A model generated the notes under the pieces. The model was given only the letters and a program-made list of their open reading frames with translations, was not told the origin of the DNA and did no database searches. 64,000 nucleotides of DNA from Octopus sinensis (taxonomy: Eukaryota), in the NCBI RefSeq assembly GCF_006345805.1, contig NC_042998.1, positions 14,880,001 through 14,944,000 of the forward strand. Direction: 5' to 3'. Below, in pieces: positions 39,793 through 53,100 of the stretch. Every line of letters starts with the position of its first letter. Within the stretch, counting starts at the first letter, position 1. A program made the translations under genes and the position numbers.

Positions 39793-40738
39793 ATACAACT
39801 GTAAAATCTGCTGTGAACTTTCGGTCAGATATAAAGAAGACGATCAAAGCAATTGTTGGGCTCTCTTACATTCATTGCATGATATCTCTCTCTTTACCCT
39901 CTTTTACTTGTTTCAGTCATTTGACTGCGGTCATGCTGGAGCACCGCCTTTAGTCGAGCAAATCGACCCCAGGACTTATTCAGGACGAGACGAGTCTTCT
40001 AGGCTGTAGTTTCCGGCTCGGAATTTCTAGAACCACCGTTGACACTGGCTTACGCTTATTGTCTGATACCCATATATTGCACTAATATTCCTTGCACTTT
40101 CTGTTGCAATGTTGCCTTTATTGAATTCATAAAGCAAAATATACAGAATATGCTCCTTTGTCACTTCCATTATAGCTTTGAAAAAAATAACTGCTAAAAT
40201 CGAACTGCACTCTTCAAAACTTGCACTACGAAGAAGGACAAGATAAAATTACTACCTGCTTTAATAGCAAGTTGATGTAGGTAGTTTATCCCATGCCTCT
40301 CCAACTTTTAGTTCATATAACTGAAATAGACCGCATTACTTATGGGATAACGCTATATATATATATATATATATATATGTAAAAAAATACAAACTGGGAC
40401 AAGAACGCAAAGCATTTAGAAGACGATACAAAAAACACGGACGGGACATTCGAAGCCTTCAATCTTCAGTCAAGAACCGGATCATCCTCACAATTTCGGC
40501 TGATTAATATTGAGATTGTTCCGATCTGACCAGCCCCAAAGGAAAATCTAAGCCAAGCGCATTAGATTCCTTGGAAGAAAGCCTCGAATGTGTATACAAA
40601 ACAAGGACGGAAAAACGGATGATGTTACACGAATAAGAATACAAAAATACGTAAAAACAATAATGATAATAATAAAACAAAACAGGACGTCACAGACAGG
40701 CGTCTTTCGACAGGACGAGTAAACTTTGAGCTAGCGTG

Positions 40739-40792
<54 letters not shown>

Positions 40793-40793
40793 T

Positions 40794-41176
40794 AGCACTC
40801 CGTCGGTTACGACGACGAGGGTTCCGGTTGATCCGATCAACGGAACAGCCTGCTCGTGAAACTAACGAGCAAGTGACTGGGCAAACCACAGACACGTGTA
40901 TCCTTAACGTAGTTCTCAGAGAGATTCAGCGTGACACAGAGTGTGACAAAAGTGGCCCCTTTGAAATACAGGCACAACAGAAACAGGAAGAAAGAATGAG
41001 AGAAAGTTGTGGTGAAAGTGTACAGCAGGGTTCGCCCCCCCCCCCCTGCTGGAGCCGCGTGGAGCTTTAGGTGTTTTCGCTCAATAAACACTCACAACAG
41101 CCGGTCCTGGGGGATCGAAACCGCGATCCTACGACCGCGAGTCCGCTTCCCTAACCACAGGGCTATTACGCCTCCA
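40794..41176 (-). mobile_element. SINE family C
   Basis: homology to 20793-21165. Confidence 0.85.
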
Positions 41177-41188
41177 CACACATACACA

Positions 41189-41224
<36 letters not shown>

Positions 41225-41671
41225 ACATATATATACATACATACACACATTCATGTATGTGTGAATAAGTCTGTGCATGATATATATAATCATTGTAACT
41301 AGGACAAACAGATAGATTTTATTTATGGCGATGTAATAAATCTATCAATAAACCTACACGCACATTAAATACACGTATATACACATGCGATTTATAATCC
41401 TATACACGCTTACTCAAGTCCACACATAATCCTGTACAGCCAGACACAAACTCCAATACACACCGCTTTTTCGTGTAAGTATAGAAATACAATATTGTCA
41501 GTTACGCTCGATGTGTTTTACACCTGGTTGTCTCGACAAAAACTACCAGACAAACAGCAACAGAGAACAAACGTTGAAGACCAAAGTGGAAGCTTAATCT
41601 ATCATATTCTAATGTAATATATTGCTCACAGTCAGTGTATTAGGAAATTATGTACGACTCGACAGCACACA

Positions 41672-42238
<567 letters not shown>

Positions 42239-42671
42239 GCCTCAGCAAATATTCTGCTCAATACCAATGCCCTGATGCAGTATCAGACAGTGGCTCTCAT
42301 GGCTTCTGATCTAAACTGATCGGAAGTGTTATCATGTACATTGTTTTGTCTTGGTGTAGAAGATGGGCTATAACAAATATTCTGCTCAATACCACAGATT
42401 TGCTTGTCAGTTGTTTGACCTTAACCAATTGAGCATGTGGTTAAGGTGGCTGACAATATGTGCATCTCTGATCACGAGCAGAAATAGTGGGGGAGCATCA
42501 TAGCCGTGTGTAGAGAGGATTTCTTTTAGGTTTCTAATTCACCTCTCGAAACATTAGTATTTCGTTCAACACCCTTAAACAGCTCTTACTCAGGGACCTT
42601 TTGAGTGGGATGGGCTACTCGACCTGAAGAAAATTCTAACTGGGCCCCACCTGCAAGGTCATGCGCTGCTT

Positions 42672-43088
42672 ACGTTGAAGAAAGGCTGAGGATGCTCGAC
42701 CTTTGTTCTCTTGAAAAACGCCGCCGCCGTGGTGATCTCATTCTCGCCCACAACATCATAAGCGGGAAGTGTAACCTCTCGAAAGAGCTTTCTTCACTCC
42801 TGCTCCGGAGCGTCGGCTGCGGGGTCATTCCGAAAAGCTCTACCTGCGACGATTTCAATCTCAATCGAAGGAGAGGAGCTTTCTCCGTCCGGGTTGCGGA
42901 TCCGTGGAACAAGCTGCCAGACGAGATGGTGAAGATGCCGACGACCGCTTTGTTCCAAAGCCTCCCTGGACCTCAAGTGGCCTGAACTCTTTACATGAAC
43001 ACCACCCTGTACTTAACTCCATGTCCCCCTACATGGCCTTGCTATTTGCTTTTGAGCCAAATTAACTAACTAACTAACTAACTAACAT
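42672..43088 (+). mobile_element. CR1/L2-like LINE 3' fragment with (TAAC)n tail, inserted in another repeat
   Basis: EERLRMLDLCSLEKRRRRGDLI..FSVRVADPWNKLP; homologous to 21666-22037. Confidence 0.85.
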
Positions 43089-43218
43089 ATGAAATCACCA
43101 TGTCGCGCATATAAGTTGTGATGCATGCGCCTGGTGTCTCTTATCAGACGGTTAGTCACGATAGGTGTACTGGGTTTCGTATATTTTGCCCCAGTGTTAC
43201 TTTGATGGCATGCACTGC

Positions 43219-43278
<60 letters not shown>

Positions 43279-44062
43279 TTTTGTTTTTGTTATGCAGAGC
43301 AAGATCAGAGCTTGCCTACCAGAAATTACCATGCAAACGTCCTTAAAGATGGATCTGATCCCTCGGGAAAAATTTGTGGAATATTCGCAGAAATAATTGA
43401 TCACATTGTTTCTGGCTGCCCAGTCTTCGCTGAAAAGGAGCACCTCATAAGAGATGACAGACTAGGGCAGCACATCCACTGGAATGTTTGTAAATATTAC
43501 AAAATTAAATCCCATAATAAGTGGTACAGGCACCACCCAGAGGATGTAGTAAATGGCGAGGGCGTCAGCATTCCTTTGGAACTTTCCAGTACAAACAGAC
43601 AGAAAAATTGACTCCAAATGACCAGACATTGTGATCAAGGACAACAACAGAGGAACGTGTCTTTTGATGGATATATCTGTCCCACAAGATCAAAATGCCT
43701 CAAGAAAAGAATACGAAAAGCTTTCTCACGATAAAGATCTGCAAATTGAAATCATAAAATGTGGAAGATTAGTACTACAATAATACCAGTAGTGATTGGT
43801 GCGTTGAGAATGATAAAAAAGGGTGCGGAAAAGTATATTAAGCAATTCCCGGGTAACCCTAATCTCCGTGAGCTACGAAAGATAACTTCGATGGGTACAA
43901 CCCATATACTATGGAAAGTACTCTCCATTTAAATTGGAATAAATATGGCGATAATTTTAGCATGCATAGCAAAACAAAAGTGCTCTTACTACTTTTGGCC
44001 TCTGGAGGATGAGCGGTACTAAGGCAGCTGAAATAAAGTTATAATGAAAGGAAACCATAAAT
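43279..44062 (+). mobile_element. R4/Dong-clade non-LTR retrotransposon 3' fragment (zinc knuckle plus restriction-like endonuclease), degenerate
   Basis: QDQSLPTRNY..KICG..EIIDHIVSGC..IHWNVC..KWY.H.P, then PDIVIKD..LMDISVP..PVVIGAL; (TAA)n on both sides. Confidence 0.8.
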
Positions 44063-44087
44063 GATGATGATGATAATAATAATAATG

Positions 44088-44143
<56 letters not shown>

Positions 44144-44242
44144 CACCAACACGAACTTCCAACTTGTTGTCTCTTGAGGTCTCTGGGTGAGACTTGGAGC
44201 CAGCTTGTGCAAATGTAAAGCAGAAGTCATACATAGAATAAC

Positions 44243-44279
<37 letters not shown>

Positions 44280-44294
44280 TATAATAATAATAAT

Positions 44295-44650
44295 CATGGT
44301 TTCATTTATTTGCCATCAGGGTTGGATGACAATACAAAGACAGCCCCAAATTGTGGGGGATTTACATATAATGAAATGATAAATAAAAAAGAGAGGGTTA
44401 GTATACACGGTATGCAATGAAAAGGAAGGGACATATACATAGTATGATAATAATAATAATAATAATAATAATAATATAATAATAATAATAATAATAATCA
44501 TGGTTTCATTTATTTGCCATCAGGTTTGGATGACAATACAAAGACAGCCCCAAATTGTGGGGGATTTACATATAATGAAATGATAAATAAAAAAGAGAGG
44601 GTTAGTATACACGGTATGCAATGAAAAGGAAGGGACATATACATAGTATG

Positions 44651-44695
<45 letters not shown>
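44295..44695 (+). repeat. Tandem duplication of a ~155-bp module, each copy followed by (TAA)n
   Basis: 44295-44450 is almost identical to 44499-44652. Confidence 0.9.
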
Positions 44696-44696
<1 letters not shown>

Positions 44697-44915
44697 TAAA
44701 AACCACAATAAACAAAGATAATAATAAGAAATTTAGAGGGAGAGCAAGGGAGAGAAGCGTGAAGAATAATTAGATTATATTTTATTGGCTTGTAAGATGG
44801 CTGTTACATATAGCATAGCTGGAGAAATTGGATTTAAATACATAAATACATGTGTAAGTATGTATGTATGTCTCTATGTAAGTATGCATCTATATATACA
44901 TACATATATACTATG

Positions 44916-44973
<58 letters not shown>

Positions 44974-45032
44974 GTAAATAATATATAATATATTATAATC
45001 AGTATATATATGTATATATATATATATGTATA

Positions 45033-45078
<46 letters not shown>

Positions 45079-45079
45079 A

Positions 45080-45121
<42 letters not shown>

Positions 45122-47575
45122 TATATATATATATATATAAGGACGAATCTTCCGAGTTTGAATTCCCAATTATTTTAGTATGGGTGTGTGTGAGTGTATC
45201 TGTGTATGTGTGTGAGTGTGTGTGTGAGCGTGCATGCATGCCTGCGTGCGCGTATGTGTGACTGCGTGTATGTAGTCGTGTGTGTGTGTGTGTGTGTGCT
45301 TGTAGTGCGTGTTACTGTGTGTGTAGGTTATCTGTATTCACAAGCATCTCTGACGATAACACGATAACCGAGACGAGTCACTATGTTTTTGATTATATAT
45401 TCTTTTAAATATATATATATTTTTTCTGTTATTTCTTTATTCACCAGATAAGCTTATAGACGCCACACTAACATGCATTTTAGTGTATTGATTTTGATTT
45501 TCAGGCACAAGGCCAATTTCTTTGTAGTTGGGAAAAAAAAAATTATATATTCGATTGAATCGACTCTAGTATAGCAATAGTGTTAGCAGTTGTTTTATCG
45601 ATCCCCGAGTAATAACGATGGTTTTAGATTGATTTGTTTTTTATAACTTCTACACAAGGTCATACATTTATAAGACAGATGTGCAGTCGATCCGATCGAC
45701 CCCTACTAACAAATATAGTACTTAAAATATAGAATCCATGGAGATTAATGGTCGTCTGCTTCCTGTATTTTCCTCCAGACGTAGTGTGTCTAGGTCTACA
45801 TTATCCAAGGTGTCTTTCATCTTATAAGGTAGTAGAGTGCTAATCAAGGAAAATTTATTTGCAAATTCTACACAGGTGAGTGAAGTATAGACTTCCCTGG
45901 TTGGGTGCGTAGAGTCAACATTGCCATTGAAAACAAATTTGGCGCTAAATTGTTCCGCTTCTATTCGAAATTAGGTTGTCGTTATGCTGTGACCTAGATC
46001 AAACGAGAAAAAGCCCTTCTTACTAACACACCGTAACTATTTAAGAATGAAATATTCCATGTATAACATGGATCATTATGCATGACCATGTAATGCATAA
46101 ATTAAATGCTATAATGAATTCTAATTTTGGTACAAGGCTTGCAATTTTTAGGAGAGGGGAAAATTGATTACATCGAACCTAATTCTTGACAGATATTTTA
46201 TTTTATCGATCCTGAGAGCGGTAATGGCAAAGCCAACCTCGACAGCATTTGAACTCACAATGTAAAACCTGAATAAATGTCGCTAAACATTTTGTACAGC
46301 TTACTAACAATTTTACCAGGTCGTTGCCCTACATGTTATTATGAAAGGCACTTAGCAAATAGAGCCCCCACTTTGAAGGTTTTCAATAATGGCTCTCGTC
46401 TCATGGACCGTCTCACCTCGACAGTTTCCTCCAACGACTCACTCATTTCGCTTTCTCAAGCAGGACATAATGAAAACAACACAGGCCCTCTTTAAATTAT
46501 TTTCATCTGATGTAACAGATGCACAGCTACAAGCCATTACAAGCTTCAGTAGCTTTCACGAGTTTATATCCCATCCACGTAAATTAACAGTACCACAAGG
46601 AGTAATTATTACACTAGCCTCAAAATATTCACTTCACTAGCAGCCACTACGAACAACACATCCCCCTCAACATAGTATAACACTATGAATGCTTCTCTGC
46701 TAACACTTAGGCAGCAGTAGTTATGTAACCTTTTGTCAAGAATTAACAGTACTATAGTGATAATCCATCGCAGTTTCAGCCGTTATCACAAGCTATCACA
46801 TTCTGCAAATCACGACACAAAAGATTCAAGCAAAACCCTACAAACTTATAACCACAAACCATCATCGTAACCTCAACCATCTCAATTTAAATATTCTCCA
46901 GTCAGAATATGAATACTGTTATGTGTCGTTTCGTTCTAATGGGTGATAGACAACTCAAATGAAGGCATTGTTATCGTTTTACGTGTTTATTTGCTTTACA
47001 TGTTACACGAACTGTCCGACATTCAGCGTAGTGATACTTATATACTTTAGACACTGTTCGTACTGTTTACTAATAAAATAGTGCCAAAAGTGGGGATGTA
47101 TTCTACACACGTATGCCTACGTATACACATAGATATGAATGTGTAACAAATACCTCAGCGACAATATCATTCAAAACCTTCTCAGTTTGTCTAAATATTA
47201 GGCATGTTTAAGCTGATAGAATTCAAATTTACAGATTTCTATTTTCAGTAGTTTCTCGTAAAAAGTATATAAATTTTCTCTTTTGTCCTCCTCCCAGTGA
47301 TACTATCTACTCTAATCTGTGTGACATTCAAAGAACTTATAACACTATGAACTCTAAGTATAATACACTTAATACGTAAATTTACCAACTGACTTTACAA
47401 ACATATTTACGTTTGTGAGCCTTCATTTTATGAGCGTTGTCCTTTTTGGAATCTGTATCTATGAACACAAGTCATTTTTTTGTTGTATATAATTGCTTTA
47501 TTTTGATGTTGTATTTGAATTATTGCAGCCAGTAAGAACTATAAACTACTGGAGGGTCGAGGAAAATAAAAAAAA

Positions 47576-47685
<110 letters not shown>

Positions 47686-47917
47686 CCTGTTTCTCTGTCT
47701 TATATTACAGTCTCTGTACAATACACTGTCCCTTTATTTCCTACAGTTGGTTGTTCATCCCCAAGTCAGCACTGACTATACAAACCTTTAATCAAAACAT
47801 TCCAGCCAGGCTGGAATTAATGTCTATTCATGAAGAAAATAAGAGATTCACTTCTGAATTTATAGGGAATGTTTTGATTCACCGCGGATTCGCAGCTTGC
47901 TCTGATATATATATATA

Positions 47918-48118
47918 TAGGGAGAGTTTACGAAAAAAGCAAAAGACGAAGACAGGTGGTGTACAAAACAAACAGATGTATTAGTATAATGCTCAGGAAT
48001 AGAAAACATCTTTTACGTTTCGAGCCTACGCTCTTCTACAGAAAGGGACTCAGAAAAAAACAAAGAGAGAAAAAATGTTTGTAGTGGCTAACGATCTATC
48101 ATAGCGACTGCCAGACCA
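47918..48118 (-). mobile_element. Short (TA)n-associated repeat with a minimal HHR-like motif (48010-48045); other copies at 32153-32230, 51505-51640, 62255-62447
   Basis: shared gaagagcgtaggctcgaaacgtaaaagac...ccctatata. Confidence 0.75.
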
Positions 48119-48129
48119 TATATATATAT

Positions 48130-48798
48130 CATATCAAAAGGGAAATGGAATTTAATTAAATTTAAAATATTCAATCAAAATTTACATTTCCAGTGGTCTA
48201 ACGTGCAAAAAATTAGTCAAGAAGACTATATATTAATTATACGATAGTGTATGTTTATACACATAAGGAATCCACACTTAGAGTGAAAATTCTGCACATT
48301 AGAGAACCACAACAACAACAGATAAGATTTGACAGGAACAAAATTTGGAAATGAAAAACATTTACTATTTAATACCCCGGACCAAAATTGGTTTCTGATC
48401 TTCTTTCAGCAAGTCAGGGGAACTCACAAGGTCTGATCTTCTTCGGCGAGGGCCAACCTGGGGTTAAAACATATAAGACAAAAATTTGATTGCGCAGAAA
48501 AATTTGAAAAATTACTTCGTATAAACAGTAGACAGACAGCAGTTCTTGTCTTCTGTCTTATATGTTTTAACCCCAGGTTGGCCCTCGCCGAAGAAGATCA
48601 GACCTTGTGAGTTCCCCTGACTTGCTAAAAGAAGATCAGAAACCAATTTTGGTCCGGGGTATTAAATGGTAAATGTTTTTCATTTCCAAATTTTGTTCCT
48701 GTCGAATCTTATCCGTTATTGTTGTGGTTCTCTAATGTGCAGAACTTTCACTCTAAGTGTGGATTCCTTATGTGTATAAATATACACTATCGTATAAT
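48130..48798. mobile_element. Fold-back element with ~245-bp inverted arms (48237-48480 / 48554-48798) in (TA)n
   Basis: reverse-complement match with a few substitutions; each arm carries an HHR fold. Confidence 0.8.
48583..48659 (+). ncRNA. Type I hammerhead ribozyme (mirror copy at 48375-48451 on -)
   Basis: CCTCG CCGAAGA A-GATC..GATC-A GAAA CCAATTTTGG TC CGGGG; GUC cleavage triplet, U4C core variant. Confidence 0.65.
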
Positions 48799-49252
48799 AT
48801 ATATATATATTATATATATTTCATGATAACATGGACTTGCATATGGAGAGTCTTACTCTAGTCTGATGAGTAAGGCGACACGAAAGTCTCTCCCAGAGCG
48901 TTGGCTTGGGCATCAGTATGTGGAAGATCAGCAGCTGCCTAAAGAAAAGATTTCCCATCTCCTTTCTATCAATGTTCTCCAGCGAGAGAAATGGAAGTTG
49001 AAACAGCGTTGGACTGCCTTAAGGACTGTTGCCCTTGATTTGTTGTCAATTAAATCATTGCGGTACTTGATTGGTATTCGTCATTTTAAAAATCAAGTCT
49101 GGAACGATGAGAGGCAGATTGGTTTCATCGAGATTTGAATGCAAAACGCAAAGAGCGAGAATAAATACCGAAAAGAATTGCTGACCGACGATTTAACAAA
49201 CTCACAAACGATCATTCTGATACACTTTCGTTAAGCTCAGCATTTTTTTCTT

Positions 49253-49468
49253 TTCTTTTACTCGTTTCAGTCATTTGATTGTGACCATGCTGGAGCGCCG
49301 CATTTAGTCGAGCAAATCGACTCCAGGACTTATTCTTTGTAAGCCTAGTACTTATTCTATCGGTCTCTTTTGCCGAACACCGCTAAGTTACGGGGACGTA
49401 AACACACCAGCATCGCTTGTGAAGTGATGTTGGGGATGGGACAAACATAGACGTACAAACATACACAC

Positions 49469-49520
<52 letters not shown>

Positions 49521-49704
49521 CACACACACACACACATATATATATATATGTATACATATATACGACTTCCAAACCCACTCACAAGGCTTTGGTCGGCCCG
49601 AGGCTATAGTAGAAGACACTTGCCCAAGGTGCCACGCAGTGGGACTGAACCCAGAACCATGTGGTTCGTAAGCAAGCTACTTACCACACAGCCACTCCTA
49701 CGCC
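49253..49704 (-). mobile_element. SINE family B with internal (CA)n
   Basis: homology to 58739-59137. Confidence 0.85.
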
Positions 49705-51161
49705 TAATCATATTTGCCATTTCATTTTCAGATACTTAGCTTTGCACTTACGTAAGAGATCAATTTATGTTACATATGTGAATATCAACTCGCAGTCTGT
49801 GATTTTCGCACTTGGTTTTAAGTTCACTGAATTTGTACTCTTCAATGTTTTGCCATGAATTACTTGACTAAGTTTCTAAGAGCTAGTTTCTTAATAGATT
49901 CTCAATAAATACAATAAGATGTAGACAGAGACTGTAAATCGATATACTTCGAAAGAATAAATGTTTCTCATATTTTTCTCGTTTGAATTATAGGATAAGT
50001 GACTCGAAGTAAATCACATGCTATGCATTGGCCGCATTATAATTAAGTTCTAGTTGGTGTAAATAATACTTTCAAAGACTGAACATTTCACTTAGTTGCT
50101 GAAATCATTGAAAGAATGTTGCAAAGAATTTTTTTTTTCTCGTTTGTTTTATCACAACAGAAAATATATTCCAAGATATTGTCTCATGGTAAGTGGTCAG
50201 CGTCTAGAAATATATAAATACATTTTATTGCAGCCATTTAAACTTGACCCCAGGTCAGCTCACATCGAGCATGATTACAGGAGTTTCAGCCGTGTCCATC
50301 CTGTTTTGTGTTAAACATATTTTATCAATAACTTCCTTCTGTGTTTTTTAAAACTGTATGTTAAAACCTCTTTTGAGGAAGCTTTAGCTGCTATTTTCTT
50401 TTAGAAGGTTTAGCAACTGCACAAGGATTTCAAAATTGGGTCATAGACATTTATGATACGTCGATGCCAATCTAGTCTAAGTGGAATTCCATTTAAGTAA
50501 TCAATCAATCGACTAATTTATAATGCACTACATAGCGCTTTGGTTAATTAAAAACATTGTTTACATGAGCTACCTGGATTAATTCATTCATAGACACTAC
50601 ACAACACTTTTCTATATCTTAAAGTGTCAGATGTACTTTTTAGTAAACAGACATTTTTCGCCTAACAGCGGAAAGTAAGCAAAGCGGTTTATGTCACAGT
50701 TTCATATCCCTGTGGGTAGAAACAATAGGATCTATTTGGCGAGTTTCTAGCTTTATTTGAGTTTCATCAAAGAGGGAATACCTGCGTATAGCTTACAGGA
50801 AATTATAAAATGTATATTTGAATGTGAGGTAAAAGTCGGAAGTGTCTAACACAATACAGCACCTAGCCAAGTTTACGGGATATAAAAAAAACCCCAAAAA
50901 ACTCACACTCAAAGAAATGCGAAGATGGAAATACATTGATGTAAGGAAACAGCAACTCTAGAAAATTTCCAATAAAATTTCTTTACTAAAGCCAACTACA
51001 ACACAGTTGACTGGACATAATGAATATGAACCCCACATCTTCACAGTTTTTGTCTATAGGCCCGTCCTATTGTAGCTAAAGAGAAGAGAGAGGAAAACTA
51101 TCTCGAATGATATTTCTTCTTTGGTGGGGAACAACACTTTTGATTTGTATTATGTTGTGTT

Positions 51162-51261
51162 NNNNNNNNNNNNNNNNNNNNNNNNNNNNNNNNNNNNNNN
51201 NNNNNNNNNNNNNNNNNNNNNNNNNNNNNNNNNNNNNNNNNNNNNNNNNNNNNNNNNNNNN
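51162..51261. other. Assembly gap (100 N)
   Basis: run of N. Confidence 1.
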
Positions 51262-51636
51262 GAATCGATATATGGTACACGAACGAAAAGCACAATCTCT
51301 TACATCATTATATTCGAGAGTCAGAGTTCAGAGCTACTTGGGGCTATATAGATATTTCCAAAATCATACCACATCTTGTTTGGTCAAAGTTACAGAAAGA
51401 GTTCAAGGAAGCACTGCAAGACAAGAAACATATTCACGACCAAGTTTGGTCGATTGGTGGAATCGTTAGACCGTTGACACACATACACACATGTATGTAT
51501 ATATATGCGTCCCTTTCGGTAGAAGAGCGTAGGCTCGAAACGTAAAAGACTTTTTCTATTCCTGAGCGTTATACTAATACATCTGTTTGTTTTGTACACC
51601 ACCTGTCTTGGTCTTTTTGTTTTTTTCGTTAACTCT

Positions 51637-51681
<45 letters not shown>

Positions 51682-51706
51682 TTTATATATAAAAGTGATA
51701 TATATG

Positions 51707-52101
51707 TCTTTATATATAAAAGTGAAGTTGTGTGCCTGTCTCCTACGATTTAGATTCCTAACTACTCCCACATTTTGCGGTGCAGTGTAACCAAAAGCGG
51801 GTATCTTATAGTCGTGATTTATATCGAGTCCTTCTGGGTATTAGCGCGCGTCTACCATGAGTCTACGATTTAAAAAAAAATGACCATAATTTTTTTCCCA
51901 TTTTTTAATGCATTTTTAGCTATTATATAAGGGAAGTAACTCTCTAAAAATGTATTATTAAATCTCAGAATATAAAAAGCTACAGTAACACCCTTCTTTG
52001 TGGTTAGCCATATTGAGATGGCTATTATACTTTACATCTTTAAAAATGCTTATATAGTTATTTCCCTTACAAACCCGAACAACGCCGGGCGATAATGCTA
52101 G
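51707..52101 (+). mobile_element. Non-autonomous Helitron-like element
   Basis: 5' TCtttatatataaaag; 3' GC hairpin CCCG-aacaacgc-CGGG (52074-52089) followed 8 nt later by CTAG then T; no TIR or TSD. Confidence 0.7.
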
Positions 52102-52103
52102 TA

Positions 52104-52148
<45 letters not shown>

Positions 52149-52154
52149 ATACCC

Positions 52155-52344
52155 GTTTACTCATTTACTTGTTTCAGTTATTTGACTGTGGCTATGTTGG
52201 AGCACCACCTTTAGTCGAGCAAATCGACCCCAGGACTTATTCTATCGGTCTGTTTTGCCGAACCGCTAAGCGATGTCGGAGGGACAAACACAGACATACA
52301 AACATATCATACATACATACATACATACATTCATACATACATAT

Positions 52345-52387
<43 letters not shown>

Positions 52388-52562
52388 ACGCACATATATA
52401 CAACGGGCTTCTTTCAGTTTCCATCTACCAAATCCACTCACAAGGCTTTGGACGGCCCGAGGCTATAGCTGAAGACACTTGCCCGAGGTGCCATGCTGGG
52501 GGACTGAATCCAGAACCATGTGGTTGGTAAGCAAGCTACTTACCACACAGCCACTCCTACGC
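52155..52562 (-). mobile_element. SINE family B
   Basis: homology to 58739-59137. Confidence 0.85.
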
Positions 52563-52624
52563 ATATTATATATACTCGTATACATATATATATATGTATA
52601 TATATACATATATATATATGTAAA

Positions 52625-52688
<64 letters not shown>

Positions 52689-53037
52689 GTATATATATGT
52701 ATAAATATGTATTATATATACATATGTATATATATATGTATGTATATATATATATATATTATATATATATATACATATACATCTATATATATACACACAC
52801 ACACACACCACACATATATATATAATATATATACATGTGACCTCGTGAGCACCGCCAGCAATTTTTTTCCTCTGTCTTCCCTTCTCGGGATCTTTCCTTC
52901 TCCTATGTTTCCGACAAAGAGCTCCACTCGAAACGTTAAACCCCCCTTCTTCCCTTCTTTCCTGAGCGTCCAATAATACTTTATTTGTTCCACGTCCTCG
53001 CGTTGCTGTGTTTTTTTTTGTGTTTTCTTATTTGGAT

Positions 53038-53094
<57 letters not shown>

Positions 53095-53100
53095 ATAAAT

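Noticed and set aside
44060-44700. Repeat-spacer pattern resembling a CRISPR array
   Set aside because: The repeats are variable-length (TAA)n, the spacers are 100-155 bp and duplicated, the context is eukaryotic and there are no cas genes
45340-45385. CTGACGA...GAGAcg as a possible hammerhead relic
   Set aside because: GAAA is absent and no convincing stems can be drawn
51098-51469. ORFs spanning the N run
   Set aside because: Artefacts of the assembly gap
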